Positions 1 through 12,980 of a stretch of 64,000 nt of DNA are shown here, in pieces (the first letter of the stretch is position 1; each line of letters starts with the position of its first letter). The DNA is taken from the NCBI GenBank assembly GCA_964016885.1, contig OZ024746.1, positions 33,728,001 through 33,792,000 of the forward strand, written 5' to 3'. The translations under genes were made by a program, and so were the position numbers. Source of the stretch: Eledone cirrhosa. Lineage: Eukaryota. The notes below the pieces were generated by a model, which saw only the letters and a list, made by a program, of their open reading frames with translations, searched no databases and had not been told where the DNA came from.

Positions 1-960
1 TTCCTCACATCATGTGATTAGCTGTTATTTATTCAGTCGATGATTCGAACTTACGATAATGAAATATTATAATTTTATCTGTGCAGCTATTCATTGTTAT
101 TTTCTGGGTACTGGTATTTGTGAGGTAATGGATTGTATTATAACACTAGTAGATATGAAATAGACCAGCAGGCAGCTAAAGATATTAAACCAGAAGGTAT
201 ATAAAGGCTGATGTCCAAGGTTGAGACAGAGGTTATTTCACACAGTTGCTGGGGATTTAAAGGGGAGTCGAATGTATATGTAGCATCTAAAGGTGTCATT
301 CTGACGGACATACCTGCGTGCTGCAATATATGTATGTATGTAAAAAGTAAACGAAGAAAGAGAAGGGAAGATTATTTAAAACATCTTTTTTTCATTTTAT
401 CATTATTTTCTTTAATCCGATAGAGTAAGAGTTTTTCAAAAGAGGGGTGTTTATAAAATATTACCGGTTTCGATGAATAAATTCATCTTATCAAATGTTA
501 AATTAAAATAATCTAAGATTAAATGTTGAAAAATTGGCAGTTGAAAAATGTATCTTCATTTCTATGTAATGAGAACATCTGGGATTTTCTTGAAGAATTA
601 TTCATTATTCACTGTTATTTGTATAGGCGCGTTTGTGGGATTTCAACAGTGGATTCAAATTCTATTGAATTTCTTTTTTGAAAATGTTCTTTGTGTGAGT
701 ATCTGGGTGTGTGTTTGTGTGTCTATAGTGTCACGTGAATGAATTGAAATCACCTATGCATACAAGATCTTAAATAATACGATTCATAATCCAAAATCTC
801 GCTTTGCGTAGTTTACATTTGGAATTAATCAGGGATGTCTGGGGGGAAACTAATGTTCTTTCGAGTAGGTCACGCTAATATACTTTATCCAGGACGGGGA
901 TAGATACATCTTCAAAGTACATATTGGCGGCAGTAATCGGATGAAATTATTAACTCTAGG

Positions 961-1153
961 GCGGAGGATTGGCAGTATTGGTTGAGGGTCGGACGCCATG
1001 TTTTGCAGCAAAAATTTACGGCCCTTTATGGTCGGAGTTCAAATCCCGCTGAGGTTAACTTTGCCTTTCATCCTTACGGGGTCGATAAAATAAAGTACCA
1101 GTAATACACTGGGATAATTGTTGGCCTTGTGCCAAACGTAGAAACAATTATTA
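961..1153 (+). mobile_element. SINE family S1 (~180 bp, pol III-type, ATT tail)
   Basis: tggcagtattgg A-box-like and gagttcaaatccc B-box-like motifs; core gttaactttgcctttcatccttacggggtcgataaaataaagtaccagt; near-identical copies at 10057, 26871, 50382, 58284 and 58465. Confidence 0.9.
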
Positions 1154-1834
1154 ACTTTAGTCACCCTCTCTCCTTACAATCTTCTCTTCTTTTGATCTCG
1201 TCCCATAAATTTTATATATTTCGCTACCCCCATTTCACTAAGCATGTAGCACATTCACGACTCTGGTAATTATCTTTGACAAATTACAGAATACTCTCTC
1301 CACATGTCGCCACTCCTATTTAGTTACTAATATATTAAGTTACTAATATATTCCATTGGTGACTTTAACCTTTTTGTTTACATCCTCTTTAATTTGTATC
1401 ATGTAATGTGCGCATCTATGTATATCTATATTTACTTATTTTAATTTTAGATTTACATGATTATTATCTGATAAATTTGTGAATAAGTTCTTAGAAGATG
1501 TCACTGCCTGCATGGTGGATTTACTATATAAGCGTGACCTAGTCTTTAAATTTCATCAGATCTTGCCTAGTTTTTTCTAGTATCCTTTTCACATTAAATG
1601 ATTCTCTCAAATTCTCCCTGTACCATACTCAATGGCACATCTCGTATGAAGTTACTTATGTTACACCAGTCAACCGTCAGCATTTAGCCTTTACGAAAAT
1701 ACGAATTACTCAAGATAAAACTGATACTCCTATGTCCTCTCATGTACACACATAAACACAATCTCCCACACACACACACACATACGCACACAGACAAACA
1801 CACACACACACACACACACACACGCGCACAACAT

Positions 1835-1864
<30 letters not shown>

Positions 1865-1868
<4 letters not shown>

Positions 1869-2080
1869 TTGTATTTGATTTGCAGGATTTCTTATCTGAA
1901 AACGTGTGGTGAAACATATATTGTTATACATTAGGAGGGTCATGCTTCCAATAAAGAAAATACACGCATATGTTGATTTTCACTTCAATCTATTTTAAAT
2001 GTCTAATTGGCTCGTCTAAACCGAGTAGTTGTTTATATGTCCTGCTGATGGTAGGATCCTGAAATGTACAAAGACTGTTG
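1865..2080. mobile_element. Degenerate Penelope pseudo-LTR-related fragment
   Basis: Similar to 59205-59310 (tatctgaaaacgtgtg.tgaaac...ttatac.tt.ggagggtcatg.t.ccaata); decayed HHR-like ctgatgg-tagg-at-cct-gaaa-tgtaca at 2045-2070. Confidence 0.55.
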
Positions 2081-2244
2081 CCCCGCTGCTTCTGCTGGAA
2101 TATGCTAGACGGCAGCGTTTCAATATACATAGCTGGAGTGCTTTTCCAATTGTTTATTTATTAAACATACCGTATAATCATTAAATATACGAAATTCACA
2201 TACTTTTATGTACAAAGCTATGTTGGAGTCAAAATTCTTGTATG

Positions 2245-2289
<45 letters not shown>

Positions 2290-2293
<4 letters not shown>

Positions 2294-2498
2294 GTAGAAC
2301 AGTGGAAGGTAATATCCGTAGTGGTAGAGCACTCAGTCCATGGGTCGAGTTAGGTAGAAATGGTATCATAACAGTTAGTTCACCATACCGAGAACAATTG
2401 TTTCACCTTAGCGGATCCTCAGCTTGTAACCCGAGCCGAGGATCCGCTAAGGTGAAACAATTGTTCTCGGTATGGTGAACTAACTGTTGTGTAACCAC

Positions 2499-2505
<7 letters not shown>
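2290..2505. repeat. Fold-back mini-element with two minimal hammerhead motifs (family H1)
   Basis: ~51 bp perfect inverted repeat 2370-2420/2438-2488, inserted in (TA)n; one-arm copy at 17938-18071. Confidence 0.85.
2431..2470 (+). ncRNA. Minimal type I hammerhead ribozyme (U4C variant); mirror copy on the - strand at 2388-2426
   Basis: ccgag-CCGAGGA-t-cc-gctaa-gg-t-GAAA-caattg-TT-ctcgg, giving stem I ccgag/ctcgg and a palindromic stem III; the mirror arm has canonical CTGAGGA but an imperfect stem I. Confidence 0.7.
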
Positions 2506-2568
<63 letters not shown>

Positions 2569-4007
2569 GTGTGTGTAAATTTGTATAATACCAACCCAAA
2601 TGCTTAAACGAAGTAATCGATAATCGTAATTTTTATATCAACAGGCATAACGAAACCTGATGTTTTGACAATAAAACAAAGGGGTTATTAGGACGAAAGG
2701 TTGCAAGACGAGACAGGATGAATGAGTAGATCGTAGAAACACCTAAACATAGATAATAACATAGAGAAGGAAATAGCAAGCAATAGCATACATAACTTAC
2801 AGAGGACATGGCTCTAACTGAAACACAAATAAAATGGCACAAAATTGGAAAGAAAAGTAATAGCAATAACGCAGAAAATCTCCATCCTAAAATCTCCATT
2901 GATAAATGTGAAATATACTGCTAGCAAAATCTAGACGTTACAATAAGGTAGAAAGCGTCTGGAAATGAACAAGGTGGGATTAATAATAACAGGTACCATA
3001 AATACTTTATGCAGAGTCGCCGACATTTATACAGATAAAGAAAGGCAATATTGAGAAAAAAAATCAACATGTTTCAGAGACGTTTGTGAAGCTATATGAA
3101 AGCTTATTGATACACTTTTCAGTACTTGCCAGCTAAAAGGAAAATGATTAAAAGTTGGGAGCAATATCACAATTCTATGTTACTAAAACGTCATACTAAA
3201 ACATGAAATATGTCAGCCATTACATCCATGTATTATATTAGATCTTCCTTGTACTAGTTCTTACAAACAGAATTGGTAAATAGGTGAATGGAAATAAACC
3301 AAAGAACAGTCAGCAAAGGTCATACTTATAATCCAAATAACCGAAAAATGGACAGAACCTATCATCCCATTATGCACAGCCTGTGTCACCTTCACAAAGA
3401 ATCCGGTACTATGACACACATGCAACACTTTTTCTCTGAATAATAATACATTTCCATAGCTTTTATTTTTGATATTGTTTCCCATCTATTCCGTTCAATA
3501 TAAATTTGTGTCGTCACATACACATTTATAACTATATATATATAGCACCAGGTGGTGCTATTAAGTTAGATATGGCCTGGGCCAATAATGGCCGAAATCT
3601 ATGCGTGTGTGTACTTGTGTGTGATTTCCTTTGCAGATTTCAACCACACAAGAGGGATTACATTCCCACATCAATATTAATATATACTGAGTTATGTATC
3701 TTACAAAGTTTTAAACAACACTGCAACAACGGAAGTTCTGCATAAAAAATACTACTTTGATAACATGTTGAATCTTGTCACATTTTAATATAGTGGCATT
3801 AGCAAGGCATGACGAGTGGGGTGTTTTGAATTGCATTGTAAAATAATTTTCTTTGGGGAAATCTTATTAATATTATACATACAGACACACACAGCCTCCC
3901 AAACACACGCACACGCATGTACACACACGCATGTACACACACGCATGTACACACACGCATGCACACACACGCATGCATACACACGCACGCACACACACAC
4001 ACATATA

Positions 4008-4046
<39 letters not shown>

Positions 4047-4148
4047 CTGTTCGTTTTATTAGCATTAGTAAAGTCAATATTAAAACTCTACAATATTATT
4101 GAGTACACTTTTCTATCAGCCGGCTCCCATATGCATACACTCATCCCC

Positions 4149-4230
<82 letters not shown>

Positions 4231-6875
4231 AGTAAAAGTCATGTTAATAATTGTTGAAATTTGAATCGTTCTAATGTGATCGAACTGTTGTAATGCAATT
4301 TGTTCTGCAAACAATTTTAAATATGAGTTGAATCCTGATGTATTCTGACAAAAACACTTACGTGTCGTCTTTCATACATTTTCAATTTGCATATTTCTTA
4401 TGGGATGCATACGTGTTTGCTTCAGTTTCATTAAATATAATTTCCATTGAGTGAAATTCTCACAGAAACATTTATGAACATATGCATACACAAACATTTT
4501 AAAATTAGAATATTTTATATTTTAATATAATTTCAAAATTGCTATGAAGCAGTACATTGAGATAAGAATGATATTATGCATATAGTTCCTGCTATAAATA
4601 ATTCACAACTTTAATTAATACGGCATTAGAATGTGTAATTTTACGCATCCATTAATATATAAGTACAGTTGCAGAGATATGTGGAACCATACGCATGTAT
4701 TACAATTTTTATTCAGAAATTAATTCTAAACATTATTTTTATAAGGTATAACAAATATATTCTTTGTTAACATATTCCAAGACAGGGTACCAACGTATGA
4801 GCATCTACATGACTGCATTGTCTGCCAGAAATAGAAACCAATCCATTAACTTATATAACGTCTTAAACTACAAAAGGAAATATTAAACATTTTGTATCTC
4901 CATCACAATAAATAAGGGTGGGCATAGTTAAGATACTTTAATTGTAGGTCTTTCGATCAATCCCAACATTTTCATTAAATTAGTGAATGAGGAAAGAATT
5001 ACACAGTTCAATCAAGATATCTGATAGCCATATAATATTGCAACTACTCAGATGAGATACAAATCTGTTATTTTTTATTCTTCCTAGTTCCCGAAGTATC
5101 TAGTGTCAGTTATATCCACTTATACAACGCTCTTGGAAGCTGTGGTTCAGCTATTTAATTTAAAACTGTAAAATGTTTCACAATCCCTTGACTTAATGGT
5201 ATCAATTACCTAGCCGGTATATGAGAGATATGGGGCTCAAGTACTCATAGCAGCCTCTGGTAACTTCTTTACCTGTATTTAAAGGGTCTTCACTCTATTT
5301 TATAAACTATTGTATGACATCTCCACGCACGAGTACATCATTCTTTGTATCAACTTTATATAATACGATGGACACAATGAATTATCTTTTCTCATTTTAT
5401 CCAACCACTTTTGGGGCACCCACAAGTTATCCATTACAAGATTCTTGTGCCACGCCATATTTTGTTTTTCAATAGACAAATTTAATTTAATCTAATTTTA
5501 TTTTAGTTTATAACTCCTGTTTCATACCTATATGTCCGGAAATATATTGCACAAACATTATCCAGTCAGGAAAGAAAGGAGGAGACTAGTTTAAAACTCA
5601 GGAAGTATGTGAAAGTCTGAGGGGCTGAACATGTTAATTACTTCCAGGAAAAATTTAATTAGGATAAATGCTGCATTTGTATGTTTATGGCAACACAAAA
5701 GAGACTGGTATATGGAAGTTAGTGTAACGAATACGTCTATGCTCTTCAATTATTAATGTATTCCTTTAGTATTTATTTACTTCATTATCCGCTTAATGCT
5801 TCTGCAATTATGTATATCCCGTATTAAATATGTTGACAAAAACAGACTAAATGTAAGCAATTATGCACATACATGTATATTAAATGTTGAAGATTTAATC
5901 GTGGGGAACACACAAATATGCAAGGATATGAACATATCGAATTGCATGATTTCATTCGCATACAATTTGTGCTATAAGTTATTCTTAATAGTTACAAGTG
6001 GCCTATGTCTCCAAGCAACATTTAACCTAGCACTAACCGTTTACATACCTTCCATTATCCAAAGCCGCACATTTATCAGGGAAGACGGTAAGAGCAAGCA
6101 TGGACCGGGAACGTGAATCGGCTCTGGTCGTGTTGGTCAACGATGGCCTCACTGTCTGCCAGGATGCAGGTTTCCAAACCAACTGGGATGATATTGAGTG
6201 CAGGTCAACCACCATGCAAATCGAATCTTCTCGTGGATACCATCGTCACGCCTGTCTCTTTTCTGTTTTGCAGCTAAACAGCTAGAAGTGGGTCAATTCC
6301 ATACTCTTCATCAACCGCTACAATTGTTTGTTTTGTTAACTTTACTCCGAAGAGTGAGTTCTACTTAAAGTGAGCTATACCTAACTACATCTCAATCTGT
6401 CATTTCTAACCTCATAACACGGAGTTACACGTGCATCATAATTTATAGATTTAAGCAACATATTGCATACACCAATCCCCAATTACATTCATCCAAATGA
6501 TTGTAAGTATCACACATACACAAACATGGTCGCGCATGCACACACTCATTATTTCCATACATACTCATAATTCTGACTACAGATTCTAACTCATATTTTG
6601 AACTGTGTAGACCTCCATAAATAAATCACTTCCATTCCATCCTCGATTGCTTCTCTATTTCCCTCTACCTCTACCATTTTATACAACATCCAGTTCATTC
6701 CTCAGACAAAATAATTATCTTGTCTGACGAGTGAAATGGATGTTCCTTGCAAAAATCATCTAGTTTCTTGATACCATCCGTTATTAAATAATTGTATTTT
6801 CTTATTCATTATGTAACTAAATAGCTCTGTACAATACATATACTACTCTCTTTCCTTTACATATCCCCCCCCCCG

Positions 6876-6909
<34 letters not shown>

Positions 6910-7433
6910 GGTAAGTATACACACATATACACACACACACACATATATATATGTGCGTATATAACTATATCCGTATGGTGGCTATGTTGGTATAGGTGTG
7001 TTTTGACAAGGGGAATACAATGTACACAGTGAAATATAGTTACAATAAATCATATTTACCGAGTTAAATACTAAAGTATCTTAATAAACAATGCAGCGCC
7101 AAGAATCCTCTTTACGTAAATGAAATTTCGAAAGATTCCTATAATTACAAGTGATAGATTTCTGGCTGGTGTCAAAAGAATTCCAATGTTTGATCAGCTG
7201 GCAACTTACGTAAAGCAGATGCAATTACCCTCTATGTACATATTTGTACCAATATTTTTATTTGTTTCTTTTTATCTCTCTCTATCTCTCTTTATATCCC
7301 CACACACATACACACTCACCTTTATATGGATAGAGAGAGAGGGAGGGAGAGAGAGAGAGAGACAGAGAGAGAAAATTACTTAGTATAGAATGTCACCATA
7401 AATATTGTCATTCCAATATATATATATATATAT

Positions 7434-8895
7434 AATTAGTCCTTCATCAGTGATCTTCCAACCTTCATTGGTATTACTTCGCTTTAAAGATCATATACCT
7501 CTGGTTGGTGCGAGCAATAACTAAATAAAGTTATTGGGACACGTAAAATGATGAAGCGAGCGAGAAATGTAAACAAACATAGATGGTAATGCAACGGAAA
7601 GAGAGGAAGATAAGAAGAGAAGAGACAAGTCCGTGATATCTTTGAAATTTAAGCTCAGTGAAATCATAGACGAGAGGCAAAGACCATCCGACCTGGGCAA
7701 GATGTGAGCAAGAAAAGGATTTTACACAGGTCAAACGGGAGGAAGTGAGAGAGGGGGAGAAGCAGAGAGTGAGTGAGTGAAAGGGTGAGGAAGAGGCCAG
7801 CTGAGAGAGAGTGACTGGCTATACCTCTGGCTGGTAAGAGCAATAACTGAAAAAAAAGCTTATTGGGACAAGTAAATTAGGGTGAAGCGAGCGAGACATG
7901 TAAACAAACGGAGATGGTAATGCAACGGAAAGATAGGAAGCGAAGAGACAGGTTCGTGATATCTATGAACTTAAGCTCGGTGAAATCATAGACGAGACGT
8001 AAAGACCATCCGACCTGGGTGAAATGTGAGCGAGAAAAGGATTTCACACAGGTCAAACGGTTGGAAGTGAGAGAGGGGAGAAGCAGAGAGTGAGTGAGTG
8101 AAAGTGTGAGGAAGAGGCCAGCTGAGAGAGAGTGACTGGCACTGGGGGTAAAAGATGGTGTGAGATACAGAGAAAGGGGAAGCAGTAAGGAAGAAACAGA
8201 CAGGTCGCAGCGGAGGTAAAAATATAAATATATGAAAAATGGCGTGCTGCATGGTTGCACATGGGTTACATATGAATCAAATTAGTCCTTAATCAGTGAT
8301 CTTCCAACCTTCATTGGTATTTCTTTGCTTTAAAGATCATATACCTCTGGTTGGTGCGAGCAATAACTGAAGAAGGTTATTGGGACACGTAAAATAGGGT
8401 GAAGCGAGCGAGACATGTAAACAAACATAGATGGTATTTCAACGGAAAGAGAGGAAGAGAAGAGACAAGTCCGTGATATCTATGAACTTAAGCTCGGTGA
8501 AATCATAGACGAGAGGTAAAGACCATCCGATCTCGGCGAGATGTGAGCGAGAAAAGGATTTGACACAGGTCAAACGAGAGGAAGTGAGAGAGGGGGAGCA
8601 GCAGAGAGTGAGTACCTCTCGTCTATGATTTCACCGATCTTAAGTTCATAGATATCACGGACTTGTCTCTTCTCTCCCTCTCTTTTCGTTGCATTACCAT
8701 CTATGTTTACATGTCTCCCTCGCTTCACCCTATTTTACGTGTCCCAATAACTTTTTCTAGTTATTGCTCGCACCAACCAGAGGTATATGATCTTTAAAGC
8801 GAAGAAATACCAATGAAGATTGGAAGATGACTGATGAAGGACTAATTTTATTCATATGTAACCCATGTGCAACCACGCAGCGCACCATTTTTCAT
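7434..8895. repeat. Tandem (~520 bp unit) plus inverted non-coding element, family H2a
   Basis: atacctctgg recurs at ~7495, 7821 and 8341; ~8610-8895 is the reverse complement of ~8230-8518; flanked by (TA)n; homologous to 50586-51420. Confidence 0.9.
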
Positions 8896-8961
8896 ATATA
8901 TATATAATGTACGTAGTATAATTGTCGATCTTTCAAGCGATGAGAATATATATATATATAT

Positions 8962-9411
8962 AGACGGGACCTGCAGAATGAGTGTTTGAGGACTCTGCCC
9001 CATGAACCTCTCAGGTATAAGTGGGCAAAGTACAAGAAGAAACAGAAAAAGAAAAAAGAAGTTAAAAACGCGGTGGAATAACTTATAGTGCCTCTTAGCT
9101 TATTCGTTAAAGAGTCTACCTGGAATCTCCGAGGTATGAAGTTCAATTCCTCATAAAATAGCTTACAATATAGGGTGATGACGATTAACAGACGGATAGA
9201 AATGTTGTCGTTGGCCGCTATGAGGAATTGAACTTCATACCTCGGAGATATAGGGTAGATGCTTTAACCAATAAGTTAAGAGGCACAGTAAATTATTCCA
9301 CCGCGTTTTTAACTTCATTGTCTTTTTCTTTTTCTTCTTGTTCTTTGCCCACTTATTCCTGAGAGGGACACGAGGACAGAGTACTCAAACACTCATGCTG
9401 CAGGTCCCGTC
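8962..9411. repeat. Fold-back element with ~190 bp imperfect inverted arms containing a tRNA-derived segment
   Basis: 8962-9155 is the reverse complement of ~9220-9411; right arm on - reads gcctcttaacttattggttaaagc...atgaagttcaattcctcatagcggcca (A box, B box, acceptor-like end). Confidence 0.75.
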
Positions 9412-10035
9412 TCCAACTGATCCGGCTGCATTCCCAAGCAAGATCAGCCAAACTCATGAATGTTATCCAACCATCTTGTTTGGGGTCTACCACTTGGTCT
9501 CCTGTCGGTTGGCTTTCCTCGTAAAACCTGACTAAAGATTCTTTCCTGATACATTCTAAACACGTGCCCATCGTATCGGAGCTGTGGCCTCTCAATTCGG
9601 AGAAGTAGCAGCTCTACTTGGAGTGACACCAGGTTCTCCGAGATACGCAATCTATCGAGTAAAGTTACTCCCAAGGCCCTTGAGATGAATCACATTTCGG
9701 CTGCTTGCATTTACGATCGGATTCTTTCGGTCATTGATCAAGATTCATGACCATAGGTAAGTGTTAGCACGAATAGTGAATTGAAGATAGCGAATTTGGC
9801 TTTTACGTATACCGCCCCTCTGATTAACGAATGCTGAAGCATTACTGTACCAGCTCCTCCAATTCTTGCAATTAATACAGCCTCCTGCCTTCCATCATTC
9901 GTAAACACGTCCCCGAGATATTTGAACTTCTCTACCTGCTCCAGTTGAACTCCATGCACATGTAGAATGCACTGAGCAGGCTAATCTTTGCAGGTTTATT
10001 AAAGTAGCAGATAGGTGACTGGTGCGAATAAGACC
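9412..10035 (-). pseudogene. RTE-like LINE 3' fragment (post-RT region)
   Basis: LEQVEKFKYLGDVFTNDG..ARIG..LTYGHES and LR.DGHVFRM..RPSGRPQTRWLDNI motifs, with frameshifts. Confidence 0.75.
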
Positions 10036-10056
10036 ACTGGAACTAAAATTGCAATA

Positions 10057-10240
10057 TAATTGTTTCTTCTTTTGGCACAAGGCCAACAATTATCCCAGTG
10101 CATTACTGGTGCTTTATTTCATCGACCACATAAGGATGAAAGCAAAGACCACCTCGGCGGGATTTGAACTAAGATCGTAAAGGGCCGTAACTCTGTGCTA
10201 CAACGCATGGCTTCCGACCCTCGACTGGTACTGCCAATCC
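10057..10240 (-). mobile_element. SINE family S1
   Basis: Reverse-complement match to 961-1153. Confidence 0.88.
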
Positions 10241-10589
10241 ACCATGGAAATATAATGAGGAAACGAAATAAGAATCATACTGTATTAACCTTCGCGCGAG
10301 TTAACAAGGGATGCGCCCATGTCTTTGTTAGATGGGCCTGTTAAAAATATATTGTAGTCTCGGTTTCATGCTGCAGAAACTGCGTACATCAAATTTAAGA
10401 ATTTGTTTTCAAAACGTTTCAGTTGCTCCGCGTAATTTCTCTAATAAGGAATCCTTAGAGAAATTACATGAAATTCTGGTAATTGTTTAATCACACATAT
10501 GGAATATTAAAAACAATAAGAGCAGATTAACTTGACGAATGATTTTAATTGAAACTATTAGCATAGACTAAATTCATATCTCACGAGTA

Positions 10590-10660
10590 TGTATATCTAT
10601 CTGTCAATCTATCTATCTATCTATCTATCTAGCTATCTATCTATCTTTCTATCAATTTAT

Positions 10661-10739
<79 letters not shown>

Positions 10740-10740
10740 C
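10590..10740. repeat. (CTAT)n microsatellite
   Basis: Direct reading. Confidence 0.95.
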
Positions 10741-11472
10741 CCTGGCCTGGCTGTGCTATCGAGGAGCTCTACCAGTTCGAGCCAAGCTCTACAGACACGA
10801 GCGCCCGGGTAGAGACCCTTTGAAAAAGATCTGTCCGAGATGCGTGTGCGACGAGGAAACCGTCGCGCACGCATTTGTACACTGTCCGGGAGTTACCGAC
10901 CTGTTGGGCTATGTAGAACGACTATTGTCGCGGGTTAGGACCAATCCAGTTGACCACCGAGTCCATTGTCTTGATCAAACCGCCACCCTCCTTCAAAGAC
11001 GAGGGAGAGGCGGTTTTCCTATGTTTTATGGCTATGGTGAAAGAGGTTATATGGTGGACGAGGTTAAAAGGGCAGAGGTCAGACACCTTTCTCTCCGGCG
11101 AGCAACTGATTCGTTTTTTCAAATATCATTTTGGAAGAAGAATCAGGATGGAGAGGGAGGTGCTGTACCCCAGCAAATTTTATAAAAGGTGGGTGAATGT
11201 GGCAAAGATAGCCCGAGTGGTTGGGCCTTCTGTCTATATAAGCCTGTAGCTTGAGGAAAAAGAGGAAGAGAGGAAGGGAGTACTCACTCTTCGTGCTCCT
11301 GGAGATGAGGGTTGTACATTTTTCAGGGTATGTACAACCCCTGTGTAATTCCTCCCCCCTATTGTGGATATCAATTGTTATTTGTTATTCTATTAATAGT
11401 TTTATTTTCATATACCTGTATGTAAACTCCCCATTTGTATTTGCCCGCTTCTTTTGTACCCTTGTGGAAATT
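10740..11472 (+). mobile_element. 5'-truncated Tx1/L1-clade LINE (C-terminal zinc finger plus 3' UTR) embedded in (CTAT)n
   Basis: LAWLCYRGALPVRAKLYRH..CPRC..ETVAHAFVHC and MAMVKEVIWWTRLKG match the C-terminus of ORF2 at 35321-38740; frameshifted; shares 3' motif cccttgtgg. Confidence 0.9.
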
Positions 11473-11626
11473 TATCTATCTATCTATCTATCTATATATA
11501 TATATATATATTAATAAGAGGAATTCCAACTTTGTCTGATTTACTCGTTTAATTTACAATCCTTTAAAATTTATAATGGTATTATAATGACATAGTATGA
11601 TAGAATATTAAATTCTAAGTGTTAAT

Positions 11627-11665
11627 TGAACAAGTACTTTCATGCATTCGCAATCTTCAGGTTCA
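11627..11665 (-). ncRNA. Minimal type I hammerhead ribozyme
   Basis: - strand tgaac-CTGAAGA-t-tgc-gaat-gca-t-GAAA-gtac-TT-gttca: intact core, 5 bp stem I, palindromic stem III; same sense as the PLE ORF. Confidence 0.85.
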
Positions 11666-11979
11666 TAATATGTGGTGACAGTCAAGTTTGCAATTTTCAA
11701 CTGTAATAAGATGGGTAAATTTTCTATCTTTTATACATTTTATACAGGGAAAAGTGGCTCCAGAATCCTAAGTCTTGCAAACTGTATTTCGACCAATCAG
11801 TGTGTAGTTTCACTGAATTACTAAAGCTGATTGGTTTAAGCGTCACGGCTGGTTGAGCATGTCTAACGACCAATAATTAATCATATCCAAAGCATCAATT
11901 GTTTTGCTATTTTTAGAAATGATGAAAATAGCATTTTCTATTAATCATCACCATCAACATCACTTTTAGTATTATTATT

Positions 11980-12024
<45 letters not shown>

Positions 12025-12071
12025 AGTGGTCGTAGTCATAGTGATAGTAGAAGTAATACCCCTAAGCGTTA

Positions 12072-12552
12072 TTATTGTTCATTTATCTTGGGTTTGAATT
12101 TATCAATAAAATTATTTTCCTTGATTTTTCTTTTGATATCACTTGGGCTGTGTAATTTGTAGAATGGGAATATTATAAATATTCTCTGACCACATTTTGC
12201 TAGATGGTTACGTAGGGGTATCTGACGTACATTTGGGTCTCTGATTTGTTGTCGGTGTACCCGTGCACGTTCCGATAGTGCATTTCCAGTTTGATCGATA
12301 TATAGTTCTTCACAATTCGGGCATTTAATGCAGTAAATTAGATTTCTGCTTTTGCAGTTCATATTTGCATTTGGGGAATATTTTTCCAGATTTTGTTTTC
12401 ATATATTGACCGGCGTGTATGGATTGACATGTGCCGCATCGACTATCATTACATTTAGATACAGTGAGTGATTGGTCTTTGTTGTTAAGGTCAAACTTTG
12501 CTTTTGTTAGTAATTGCTTCAAATTTTTTGGCTGTCTTTTACTAAGAGTCAA
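12072..12552 (-). pseudogene. PLE zinc-linker plus GIY-YIG endonuclease remnant
   Basis: KCNDSRCGTCQSI linker; NLIYCIKC..C..LYIDQTG..L.ER..H; split by a frameshift. Confidence 0.85.
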
Positions 12553-12873
12553 AGATTGATCCGTGATTAAGCCTTTTAATTCATTACTTTGAGCAATGAT
12601 CGGTAGGTTACACCGTCAACAAATCAGAGACCCAAATGTCCGTCAGATACCCCTAAGTAACCATCTAGCAACATGTGGTCAGGGAATATTTATAATATTC
12701 CCATTCTACAAATTACACAGCCCAAGTGAATTCAAGAGAAAAATCAAGGAAAAGAATATTATTGATAAATTCAAACCCAAGCTAAATGAACAATAATAAC
12801 GCTTAGGGGTATTACTTCTACTATCACTATGACTCCGACCACTAACAACAACAACAACAACAACAACAACAAT

Positions 12874-12911
<38 letters not shown>

Positions 12912-12980
12912 AAAATTTTAGTAAGTAAGTCAATTTTCATAACTTTCTTATTTACGTCTTTCATATATATATATATAATA

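Larger units (their letters stand above)
11520..12880 (-). mobile_element. 5'-truncated Penelope-like element with inverted partial copy
   Basis: GIY-YIG coding remnant 12072-12552; ~12608-12880 is an inverted copy of ~11975-12261; HHR downstream of the ORF. Confidence 0.88.

Noticed and set aside
138-423. Short ORFs and a possible - strand donor near 310
   Set aside because: No homology or exon context recognisable
8787-8830. ATGA-N11-AA-N22-GA spacing resembling a SECIS element
   Set aside because: The helix above the putative core does not pair in SECIS register, and the homologous H2b family has ATGG
9085-9290. Functional tRNA genes
   Set aside because: Anticodon arm and acceptor stem are degenerate; treated as a tRNA-derived repeat
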